From a virus (lineage: Duplodnaviria > Caudoviricetes), in IMG/VR virus record IMGVR_UViG_3300042553_000273, positions 1-38,380 of that record: a DNA stretch of 38,380 bases; one strand, 5' to 3'. The notes beneath the pieces were generated by a model. That model was not told the DNA's origin. It ran no database searches and saw only the letters and a list, made by a program, of their open reading frames with translations. Below are positions 27,208 through 35,198 of this stretch, in pieces. Position 1 is the first letter of the stretch. Each line of letters begins with the position of its first letter. The position numbers and the translations under genes are program-made.

Positions 27208-28965
27208 CTACTCTATATGCTTCAAAAGTTCTTTTAATGGCAACCTAATCACCGCATCGGTGTAGTCGTGATGCCCAGCCAAAATCAGGCAATTGCCATC
27301 GGCATCAATCTCTAAATGCGTTGGGAAAGTCACAAAATCCAGCATCTTCGCTAACCAAGTGTGGGGTGCTGGGGGTATATCTCGGCTGTTTTCAATAAAT
27401 GTGGCTTTCCAAAGCGGTGTTCTTGACCATCTCAAAGCCTTAAACGGGGGTTTTGCATCCAACTCCATCAGCCCTGCCCAGTACAAATTGATAGCGTTCA
27501 CCTTCTGCCGCACGTGAAATATGGTGTAAAGTTTGCCGCCATACTCAACCAATTGCGTGCCGCCTCTAATATGCCCCCTTGTCAAGGTTGGTATTTCGGT
27601 TTGGTACTCAGCAATCGGTTCGCCAAGGTCGTATTCAACAACGTGGCCCGGTGCGTACAAAACATGCAACCGCCCATCGTAAACAAACGGTGACCAGTTC
27701 TTTTCTCGGCCATCGTGGTCTTTCGGCCTACTTGCTGAGGGTTTCATCTGCCAACATTCTTGCGTATCGATATACCCAAAATACATATTGCCGCCATCGT
27801 TAAACACCAAGGCTGGCCGCCCGTTAAATTCAACGCATCGTGGGTCTTCTGCATGCCCGTTTTCGGTCTTGAACTTCAGCAGCTGCGGTGTTGAAAGGTT
27901 GCCGTCTGCCCAATCCATTACTGCCAATTTTCGGTCGGTAAAAAATCTTGGTTTGTCAAGCCTAACAACATATTTGCCCTGAACAATTGAACCATTGAAA
28001 GCGTTAGTGAATGGCTTTGGCGCAGCCTTGCCGTAGGGTAACAACTGCATCTCAGGTGTCAATGCTGGCACAATAGCATCGTAGTGGATCCTGCGTGCAT
28101 CTGCCGCTGGCTTTTTGGTCGGCTTGCTTACGGCAAACTTGGCTTTCATTAAATGGTGCGACTTGCTGGCCGTAGAACTGCCGTAAAGTTGTTTCTCACA
28201 ATATGCCACGATCCGGTCGTACATATCGTAGGTATATCTCGCCTCGGTGCTATACTGCCCATAACACCCAACAAAGTAATGGCTTTTTCTAAGCTCGCCA
28301 ATGTCGGGCCGCTTGGCCTTGAATTGCACAGGCAACATGCCAAGGTCAGCGTTGATTTGCGTTTGCGCCAAGGCCACATTGAAAGCCAACTCATCGGGAA
28401 AGCTATGGCCCCAATGTTTCGTTGCCAAATGTTCACGGTAATTGTCCTTCGCATGCGCCCAAAACTGGGTAGCCTTTTCGGTCTTGCGCCAGTAGATGAA
28501 CGAAGAATTGATTTCAGGTATTTCGCCTTCGCTTGGTAGGTTGTATTCGGCCTTCACATCAGGCAGCGGCAACCAAAGGCATGGCCATTTGTCGGCAGTT
28601 AGCGGTGACTTTGAAACCACTTGCGAAGCAATATCAAAGCCAGCGCAAGCCTCCCATAAGGTATGCAGTTCTTGTACAGCAACCCCATCAATATCAATGT
28701 ACATCGTTTCATCGTATGGCGAATAAAGGTCAAGGTGAAGTTTAAATTTGCCGGGCGCAATTCTACCGGTCGCATCGTTCAAGTGTTCATTGTTAATCGA
28801 AATAACCTTGTCAATGTACTTTCGTTCACGTTCGGGCAGAAGGTTAATATCACCAACAATTGAAATGGGCAAGTCAGGTGAAAAATGTGCCAGCGAATTC
28901 ACCATATTTTTCGCCCATTGGCCGTAGCTTGAATTGCCTGATAAGAATATAAGGTAGCCTTTCAT
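27208..28965 (-). CDS. GT-A glycosyltransferase fused to a GH130-like beta-propeller glycosidase/phosphorylase
   Basis: N-terminal SPYDETMYIDID (DxD), INSSFIYW, PDELAFN; C-terminal FNGSI, AEDPR, REKNWSPF, IRGGT, FVTFP. Confidence 0.8.
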   Translation of the reverse strand: MKGYLIFLSGNSSYGQWAKNMVNSLAHFSPDLPISIVGDINLLPERERKYIDKVISINNEHLNDATGRIAPGKFKLHLDLYSPYDETMYIDIDGVAVQELHTLWEACAGFDIASQVVSKSPLTADKWPCLWLPLPDVKAEYNLPSEGEIPEINSSFIYWRKTEKATQFWAHAKDNYREHLATKHWGHSFPDELAFNVALAQTQINADLGMLPVQFKAKRPDIGELRKSHYFVGCYGQYSTEARYTYDMYDRIVAYCEKQLYGSSTASKSHHLMKAKFAVSKPTKKPAADARRIHYDAIVPALTPEMQLLPYGKAAPKPFTNAFNGSIVQGKYVVRLDKPRFFTDRKLAVMDWADGNLSTPQLLKFKTENGHAEDPRCVEFNGRPALVFNDGGNMYFGYIDTQECWQMKPSASRPKDHDGREKNWSPFVYDGRLHVLYAPGHVVEYDLGEPIAEYQTEIPTLTRGHIRGGTQLVEYGGKLYTIFHVRQKVNAINLYWAGLMELDAKPPFKALRWSRTPLWKATFIENSRDIPPAPHTWLAKMLDFVTFPTHLEIDADGNCLILAGHHDYTDAVIRLPLKELLKHIE

Positions 28966-28980
28966 GGCTTAAAGGTAAAG

Positions 28981-29002
28981 AAAAAGCCCCATCGCTGGGG
29001 CT
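28981..29002 (-). terminator. Intrinsic terminator of the same GCCCC/GGGGC family
   Basis: AAAAAGCCCC-ATCGCT-GGGGCT. Confidence 0.75.
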
Positions 29003-29035
29003 GATTTGGGTTCTAAAAAAGGTAAAGTTGTTTGT

Positions 29036-29719
29036 TTACTTTTTCTTTTTTCTATGATGATGTCTGTGGCAGATACCACATAATGTTACACCATTATTCA
29101 CATCGTATCTCAACTCAGGATAATCTTTAAATGACTTAATGTGATGTGCATGCAAATCGTTTGAATTGCCACAATTTGTACACCTTTTATCTCTGTTTTT
29201 TATCATTGTAGCCCATGCCATTTGAAGGTAGCCTCTTGACTTTTGTGATGACTTCATAGGGGGCTTGTATTTTTTTATCTCTTTTAGCACTATAAAGCCA
29301 TCTCTTTTCCTTCCCCTTTCAACACCATTGTACTGATTTATCCAATCTACTAATGATTGTAAAGCCTCTGTAACAATTGATGTCCTTAAATTTTCGGGTG
29401 GTTCATAAAAGAAAATAACATCGTTATTCCCGTCTACAAGCAATATGTCTTCTTCCAAATCTTCATCAAAAACATATTCGCACTTAAACCCGAATTTAGT
29501 AAGGTCTTCTACCAAGCAATCCCCATCATCAATATCATTAAAAAAATAATGATGGTTGTCGATGTCTACAATTTCCCTGTATTTTAACTCTACTGCTAAT
29601 GCCTCAAGCCAAGGGTCAGAAAAATAATTTGTTTGTATTGTGATAAAAAACCCCCCGTATTCGTATTGTTCAAATACATCAGGATTCTTATGGGTTATTG
29701 CATTTGTATCAATTTCCAT
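29036..29719 (-). CDS. HNH endonuclease with an acidic N-terminal domain
   Basis: RDKRCTNCG...LHAHHIK...NGVTLCGICHRHHH. Confidence 0.9.
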   Translation of the reverse strand: MEIDTNAITHKNPDVFEQYEYGGFFITIQTNYFSDPWLEALAVELKYREIVDIDNHHYFFNDIDDGDCLVEDLTKFGFKCEYVFDEDLEEDILLVDGNNDVIFFYEPPENLRTSIVTEALQSLVDWINQYNGVERGRKRDGFIVLKEIKKYKPPMKSSQKSRGYLQMAWATMIKNRDKRCTNCGNSNDLHAHHIKSFKDYPELRYDVNNGVTLCGICHRHHHRKKKK

Positions 29720-29739
29720 ATCAGTTATAACTTTACTTT

Positions 29740-30066
29740 TTAGTCATTTTGTAAAGGTGTGGGTTGACTGGTGAAAGAATCAACATAATCCTTCAAATGC
29801 ACTAAATCCACAATCGGGATTCGGTCAAAAATGTGCCCGCTTTCGGGTTCAATCACCAGCAATTCGCAAAGCCGTGTAGTTTGATGCCAGTCCAGCATAA
29901 GCGATGGGGCCAGCATCTTCGTGAAGATTGTGTAGGGGTAGCCGTGCATCTTTTCAAACACACTATTGTGCCCGTCTTCGGCGGTAAAGCCAAGGGCCAT
30001 AATGTCGCAGTAGTTAATTGGTTGTTGCATGGGGTATGTGATTATTTGTTTAATGATTTTTTGCAT
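29740..30066 (-). CDS. Hypothetical protein
   Basis: Co-oriented ORF in the accessory cluster. Confidence 0.65.
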   Translation of the reverse strand: MQKIIKQIITYPMQQPINYCDIMALGFTAEDGHNSVFEKMHGYPYTIFTKMLAPSLMLDWHQTTRLCELLVIEPESGHIFDRIPIVDLVHLKDYVDSFTSQPTPLQND

Positions 30067-30356
30067 TTTTCGGGGTAATACATATGCAATTCAATAGCGT
30101 TTTTGTATGCCTGTTTTTTTTCGTAATTAAAAGTTACGTTGTTTCTTGCGTGAGCCTTTCTTTGACTTTGGCTATTCATTGATGTGCTTGCTTGGATTGA
30201 AGATAAATGCTGCTTTGCATATTTTTCAGAAAGCCCTTCGTATTTGTTCACCTCTTTTTGAAGCTCGGTAACCGTATATGTTCTGGCCAGCTGGCGTGAC
30301 CAAGAAGAATAAGTTTCGTATGGGAAGATGTACGGCTGATTATTTTGGTTGTCCAT
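30042..30356 (-). CDS. Hypothetical protein
   Basis: First gene after the cassette D promoter. Confidence 0.7.
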   Translation of the reverse strand: MDNQNNQPYIFPYETYSSWSRQLARTYTVTELQKEVNKYEGLSEKYAKQHLSSIQASTSMNSQSQRKAHARNNVTFNYEKKQAYKNAIELHMYYPEKCKKSLNK

Positions 30357-30372
30357 TGTTTTATTGTTTTGG

Positions 30373-30450
30373 CAAACCTACAAAGAATATCAATGCGAAA
30401 ATGTTAAAAGGTGTTAAAACAAAAAAGCCCCACCGAAGCAGGGCCTTTTT
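30373..30450 (-). promoter_or_regulatory. Cassette D: terminator + tandem boxes + promoter
   Basis: ATGTTAAAAG GTGTTAAAAC; TTCGCATTGA-N9-TAGGTTTG; hairpin nearly identical to that of cassette C. Confidence 0.8.
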
Positions 30451-30471
30451 GTATAACCATGAAAACAACGC

Positions 30472-31002
30472 TTATTCAAAGATGCCTACTGGCGCATTGT
30501 AAAGAACTGGGAATTCATTGGGGGCAGATTGCCAACCGAAGGTAACAATGTACTGCTGAACATCGTTCTCGTCAGCCTTGGCTGGTTTTGCAATACAACG
30601 AACAGGCTGCTCAACTACACGGATTTCATCTTCTTCGTAGTAGAACCAAGCCAATTTGTACTTGCCGATCGTGTTCAAAGTTTCGTAGAAGCTGTCGTTG
30701 CTGCTATCTACGTTGGCATCCATCACCGATAAAGTGTGGTTGAACTTGGTCAAGATGTCAGGTGTACCTCTCCGTGGGTTGCTGATAGTAACCTCTTCGG
30801 CTTCGGGATAGTTGGCCTTAATCTCTTTGATAATGGCTACATCACCAGCAGCGATTGCAGCAGTCCACTCGGCAGCATCGGTGTAGTCCAAAAAGGTGTA
30901 ATCGTTGTCAATTACAGCAACGGCAGAAATGCCCGTTAGCCTGTTTACCTCACATACGTTTTCGCTGTAAACTGGCAGATTGTCAAAACAAGAATAACTC
31001 AT
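30472..31002 (-). CDS. Major tail (tube) protein (probable)
   Basis: Likely start MSYSCFD at 31002; 176 aa, acidic and beta-rich; own promoter (31024-31031) and terminator. Confidence 0.6.
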   Translation of the reverse strand: MSYSCFDNLPVYSENVCEVNRLTGISAVAVIDNDYTFLDYTDAAEWTAAIAAGDVAIIKEIKANYPEAEEVTISNPRRGTPDILTKFNHTLSVMDANVDSSNDSFYETLNTIGKYKLAWFYYEEDEIRVVEQPVRCIAKPAKADENDVQQYIVTFGWQSAPNEFPVLYNAPVGIFE

Positions 31003-31086
31003 AGTGTTTAATTTAAAGTTTATCAAAGTTACCAATGCCGCCCCATACTTTCGTTTAATTGTCGCTATAAATGTAACTTTGTCGCT

Positions 31087-31446
31087 ATGGACATCAGCCA
31101 CTTGTCGCTTGCTGAACTTTTCGACCTGAAATCTGCGGTCAATAAGGCTATCAATCACCGCATTTCATCCGCTGCCGATGACTTTATTTGGCAACTTTGC
31201 ACCCATTATGGCGTTGAACTGAGCCAATTCAAGCAAGCAAGTAGGCGGCAGTACGCAGATATTAAGCGAATCGCATCTTACTATTTCGTGTCAATGAAGG
31301 GCTTAAGCCAAACCGAAGCGGCAGAAATAATCGGCATAAGCCGGGTAACGGTTGCCCAGCACGTGGCCAAAGTTCAACATTATAAGCGTTCAATCCCCGG
31401 CAAATGGTTTGCCATATTTAACACAATTCAATCAGTAACAAAATGA
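31087..31446 (+). CDS. HTH DNA-binding protein, DnaA domain IV-like
   Basis: LCTHYGV...ASRRQYADIKRIASY...GLSQTEAAEIIGISRVTVAQH. Confidence 0.75.
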   Translation: MDISHLSLAELFDLKSAVNKAINHRISSAADDFIWQLCTHYGVELSQFKQASRRQYADIKRIASYYFVSMKGLSQTEAAEIIGISRVTVAQHVAKVQHYKRSIPGKWFAIFNTIQSVTK

Positions 31447-32567
31447 AACCCGTAGCAGTAACCCTTGGCATCGGCGATTACCTTAAGTACGCTGAAAAAT
31501 CGGCAGAACTTGTGCGCAAGCATCTTGGCCTTGAAACCCGAATAATCACCGACGAACATCTTGGCCATGCCTTGAGAATGGCTGAATTTAAACATTCGGT
31601 TTGGACGCTAAAGTATAAGATTTGGGATATTTGGCCTGACCTTGACTTGGTGATGTATCATGACTGCGATTGGCGGCCAGTTCGGGATTTCGATTTGGCA
31701 GATCATTTGCCCGATTTCAAAGACGTTTACTTTTGCCTTGATCGGGACAATGACCATACCAAGGGCCTTGAACAGCAATACCGTTTAAAGCCCTCAACCT
31801 ATTTCAATGCTGGTTGGTTTGTGGCCAACCGCAAGCACAAGCCGATATTTGATTTCTGCTACAATAACTATTTTAGGTACGAAAACGTATGGGGCGACCA
31901 ATGCGTTTTAAATCAAGTGTTCAAAAACTTGGTAACGCTGGCCGACAAGCGGTTGAACGTAATGGACATCAACACCAATATCCCTAATGAAGAAGTGTTG
32001 GGCTTTCACTCATCAGCAAATTACCAAATTTACGAAGGTAAAAAGGACTTTGAATGGGACAGCCCCGAATCACAAATTGAAAAATGGGACTTTGCCCATA
32101 CGTGGATAACCGACAAAATGCATATAACCGAAATTTACAACGTGGCCAAGCAATACAAAGGTGGCAAGGCCCTTGAAGTAGGTACTTTTAAGGCGCATGG
32201 GGCAAAGGCTATGGCAATGGCTGGCATGTCGGTTAAAACAATTGACATAAGCGATGAACATTTAAAGGCAAACATTGCGTTTTGTAGCCCATATTTAATT
32301 GATTTTCGCATAACATCAGGTGAAAAAGAACTGCAAAACGATGAAAAATACGATGTTGTTTTTCACGATAGCTATCACGGGCCCAGCGTTATTCAAGAAT
32401 TGGTGCAATACTACCGAAAAAAGGTGGCCGAAAATGGTGTTTTAATCGTTCATGATGTGGATTCATTCGATGTAAACGAATTGCTTGACTTAATCGGCAA
32501 CCCAAGGCATACCATTACGACAGATGTCAAGGGCCGACAATTAGGCTGCTTTTATTCAGGGGTGTAA
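31443..32567 (+). CDS. GT8-like glycosyltransferase fused to a class I SAM methyltransferase (Methyltransf_24-like)
   Basis: YHDCD, YFNAGWFV, WGDQCVLN; ALEVGTFKAHG, YDVVFHDSYH, GVLIVHD. Confidence 0.88.
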   Translation: MKPVAVTLGIGDYLKYAEKSAELVRKHLGLETRIITDEHLGHALRMAEFKHSVWTLKYKIWDIWPDLDLVMYHDCDWRPVRDFDLADHLPDFKDVYFCLDRDNDHTKGLEQQYRLKPSTYFNAGWFVANRKHKPIFDFCYNNYFRYENVWGDQCVLNQVFKNLVTLADKRLNVMDINTNIPNEEVLGFHSSANYQIYEGKKDFEWDSPESQIEKWDFAHTWITDKMHITEIYNVAKQYKGGKALEVGTFKAHGAKAMAMAGMSVKTIDISDEHLKANIAFCSPYLIDFRITSGEKELQNDEKYDVVFHDSYHGPSVIQELVQYYRKKVAENGVLIVHDVDSFDVNELLDLIGNPRHTITTDVKGRQLGCFYSGV

Positions 32568-33433
32568 AAGCCTGCCGCTATTGCTCGATTAAGTACATCT
32601 TCAGGCACATCTTCGGTGGCAACTGGGATAATTTGGTGGCCGCAGTTGTAACCGCCCCGATAGGCGAAGATTGTGGTTTCGTTTGTGCCCCTTTGCTTCC
32701 CCTCCCATTTTATATTTGCCCAATTCTCAATTTCTCGCTTGTGAAATATCTTGTTGTTTCGTTCGCTGCAAAATGACCTTGTATTTTTTACATCAACACC
32801 TATGTACTCGTAAAACTCAAACCCGTAATCTTCGCTAACTTGCCGAATGTACTGCGCATTTGATATGCTGTAAAAGTCGTATGCGTTCTGTTTTGCGTAC
32901 CTCTCCATTCGGCCAGCAAATTCAGGTGTACCCTCAATGTTGTTTCGAATATTGCGAATCACTTGCTGAAAGTTTTCGCCCGTTGATATGCTGGTGTTTA
33001 GAATCTGCTTAAACGATTCAACCGAATCATTAACCGCAGCGTTTGCAAGTAAATCGAACACCGTGGTCTTTGCGTTGGATAAGATAGCCCCAGCCGTTGC
33101 ACTTTGCACAAATACTTCTTTGGTGATTATGCCCATTAGCTTGCCGGTATCTTCGGCCGTTGCATCTATGCTACCAACAAAATCACGAATAGCCTTGCTA
33201 TAATCTTTGTTCATGTAGGCGGCCTTCATCTTCTGCACCAATGCCTGAATCTTGTTGAAGTTGCCTTGGCTCACCAAAAGGTTGCCAGCGTCATCGGTTG
33301 CCAGCGTTGCTATCTCGCTAACTATTTGTGCAAACGCTTCACGCTGCGCCTTCTTAACACCCCGAAAAAAGGCATCAGGCGCATCCTCCATTGACTGCGC
33401 TATCTTCTTTATAAGCCTTTCTTTGGCGGTCAT
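32552..33433 (-). CDS. Minor capsid/MuF-like head morphogenesis protein
   Basis: YEYIG...TRSFC...RGGYNCGHQIIPV. Confidence 0.8.
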   Translation of the reverse strand: MTAKERLIKKIAQSMEDAPDAFFRGVKKAQREAFAQIVSEIATLATDDAGNLLVSQGNFNKIQALVQKMKAAYMNKDYSKAIRDFVGSIDATAEDTGKLMGIITKEVFVQSATAGAILSNAKTTVFDLLANAAVNDSVESFKQILNTSISTGENFQQVIRNIRNNIEGTPEFAGRMERYAKQNAYDFYSISNAQYIRQVSEDYGFEFYEYIGVDVKNTRSFCSERNNKIFHKREIENWANIKWEGKQRGTNETTIFAYRGGYNCGHQIIPVATEDVPEDVLNRAIAAGFYTPE

Positions 33434-35181
33434 TATAACGGATTCACGATAAAGCGTTGATCACGTTTGGCAACCTCAACCGTGCAAGGTGCGATTTCGG
33501 CATCGTCCGAATAATCAGGTTCGTATTCGCCAATCTTGACATACTGCACCCCGTTGATGTAGAAATTGCGGTGCATCAACCCGACCGCTACCGATTGGTG
33601 AACCGCAGGCCATACAGCATCAATTGCAAGTTCTTCTACCTTTCTGCCGTTGCTGAAGAACGAACGCTGGTAACTATCTACCCCCTTGCGTTCTTCGTGC
33701 GCTATGCTGGTAATCTTGCCGTTTAGCAATCTGCCGTCAAGGTACATCGTGTTGGTGTAACCCGTAGTGTAAACGTGGCCGAATGCGTTGGTGTCATTGT
33801 CCCACTCCAATTTCATTTCGCAGTTGATAGGCTTCACGTGATAGCATTCCGAACAAGCAAACACATCAGGTTGAAAGTTCTGTATCTTGTAGCGCAAGGT
33901 AGCGCATAAGGTTACGTTGTTGTTGTGGGCTTTGATAATTATTCGCTTGGGCCCAGCGTTCATCCCGAAGTTGCTAACCGTAAAGATATGAACCCCGTTG
34001 CTGCCGTGTGGGTTTGAACATACCTGACTTGACAGGTCGGTGTTTTGGATGCACACCTGCACATTGCCGTTGCTGTGCCCTGATATGGTTAGTTCAAATT
34101 GCACGTTGGTTACAATGGCATCAATGTCGCAGCCGATTTCTTCGGCATAAGCAAAGTCATCTTTTTTGCTGCCGTCAAAACATACGTTGCTGCCTTCAAT
34201 TGAAATGCCAGCGGCTATGTCGGTGTTCCAGTTGCCGACCTCGCCTATTTCTTGGTAAACTGCGCATTCGTAATTGTCCGATAAACAAACCGTATTATCG
34301 CAGCCGACGGGCAAATCAATGCACTTTTCAATGATGCCCCTGTTTCGTGCTGCGCCTGTATAGGTGAATTCAGTCCATGCCCCGCCATTAATGCTGTACC
34401 CGTAACTATCTCTCATCAAATAAGCCTCGCTATCGCATAAACAAATGCAACCCGTGAACGGCCTTGTGGTTACAAATTCAATACGCTGAATATTTAAGGG
34501 CTCACCAAACCACCAATCGAATGTACCGGGCGATTCAATCGGCAAGGTGTAATTGGTTGCCCCTTGCGATGCTTGAAAAAAGGCTGCACCTTGCGAATAA
34601 CTGCAAATGCTAAATGTGGCCCTATACCAATTTGTAATTGTCCCTACGGGGAAATCGAATTGAATGCTGCCATCAAATTCATTAAAACAAATACTATGGT
34701 CATCATTAATAGACACGCTATCAATCTCAGTAATTGAAACGGCAGTAAGCCAAATGTTGTAAATAGCGTAGCCTTGGCCAGCAGTAAACGCACTTGGCAC
34801 AGTTGGTGTGCCAACTAAGGTCAAGGTAGTAGCTGCAACACCGCCAGTATTTACCGCAAAGGTATCGCCCGTTGTGGTGTTTCGCACTAATTGATATTGG
34901 GTTACACCGCCCGAAACGAAACTTGCACCTGAATCAACCAAGGTACTTGCACTACCGCCCGTTGCCGTGCCCGTATCAAACGGCTGACAAACAATCAGGT
35001 TGCTGCCTATTTCGCCAGCCTGAAACTGAAAACAAAACGGCTCTCCTTCTTCCCAAGGCAAACACATTGGCGAACCGAAGAAATCGCATAGCTGGTCTAT
35101 TTGTTCGTTGTATGACAGCTCGCCATCTCCGTAGAAGATTGGGCTGCTATATGGTATTGGTTGGGGTGTACGTATCGGCAT
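33433..35181 (-). CDS. Tail/baseplate structural protein
   Basis: Downstream of the TMP and a tail gene; Cys-, Thr- and Gly-rich beta sequence. Confidence 0.6.
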   Translation of the reverse strand: MPIRTPQPIPYSSPIFYGDGELSYNEQIDQLCDFFGSPMCLPWEEGEPFCFQFQAGEIGSNLIVCQPFDTGTATGGSASTLVDSGASFVSGGVTQYQLVRNTTTGDTFAVNTGGVAATTLTLVGTPTVPSAFTAGQGYAIYNIWLTAVSITEIDSVSINDDHSICFNEFDGSIQFDFPVGTITNWYRATFSICSYSQGAAFFQASQGATNYTLPIESPGTFDWWFGEPLNIQRIEFVTTRPFTGCICLCDSEAYLMRDSYGYSINGGAWTEFTYTGAARNRGIIEKCIDLPVGCDNTVCLSDNYECAVYQEIGEVGNWNTDIAAGISIEGSNVCFDGSKKDDFAYAEEIGCDIDAIVTNVQFELTISGHSNGNVQVCIQNTDLSSQVCSNPHGSNGVHIFTVSNFGMNAGPKRIIIKAHNNNVTLCATLRYKIQNFQPDVFACSECYHVKPINCEMKLEWDNDTNAFGHVYTTGYTNTMYLDGRLLNGKITSIAHEERKGVDSYQRSFFSNGRKVEELAIDAVWPAVHQSVAVGLMHRNFYINGVQYVKIGEYEPDYSDDAEIAPCTVEVAKRDQRFIVNPL

Positions 35182-35198
35182 AACACAAAGGTATTAAA

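Noticed and set aside
31003-31158. N-terminal extension of ORF 30472..31158
   Set aside because: It crosses the divergent promoters and the HTH gene; 31002 is the better start.
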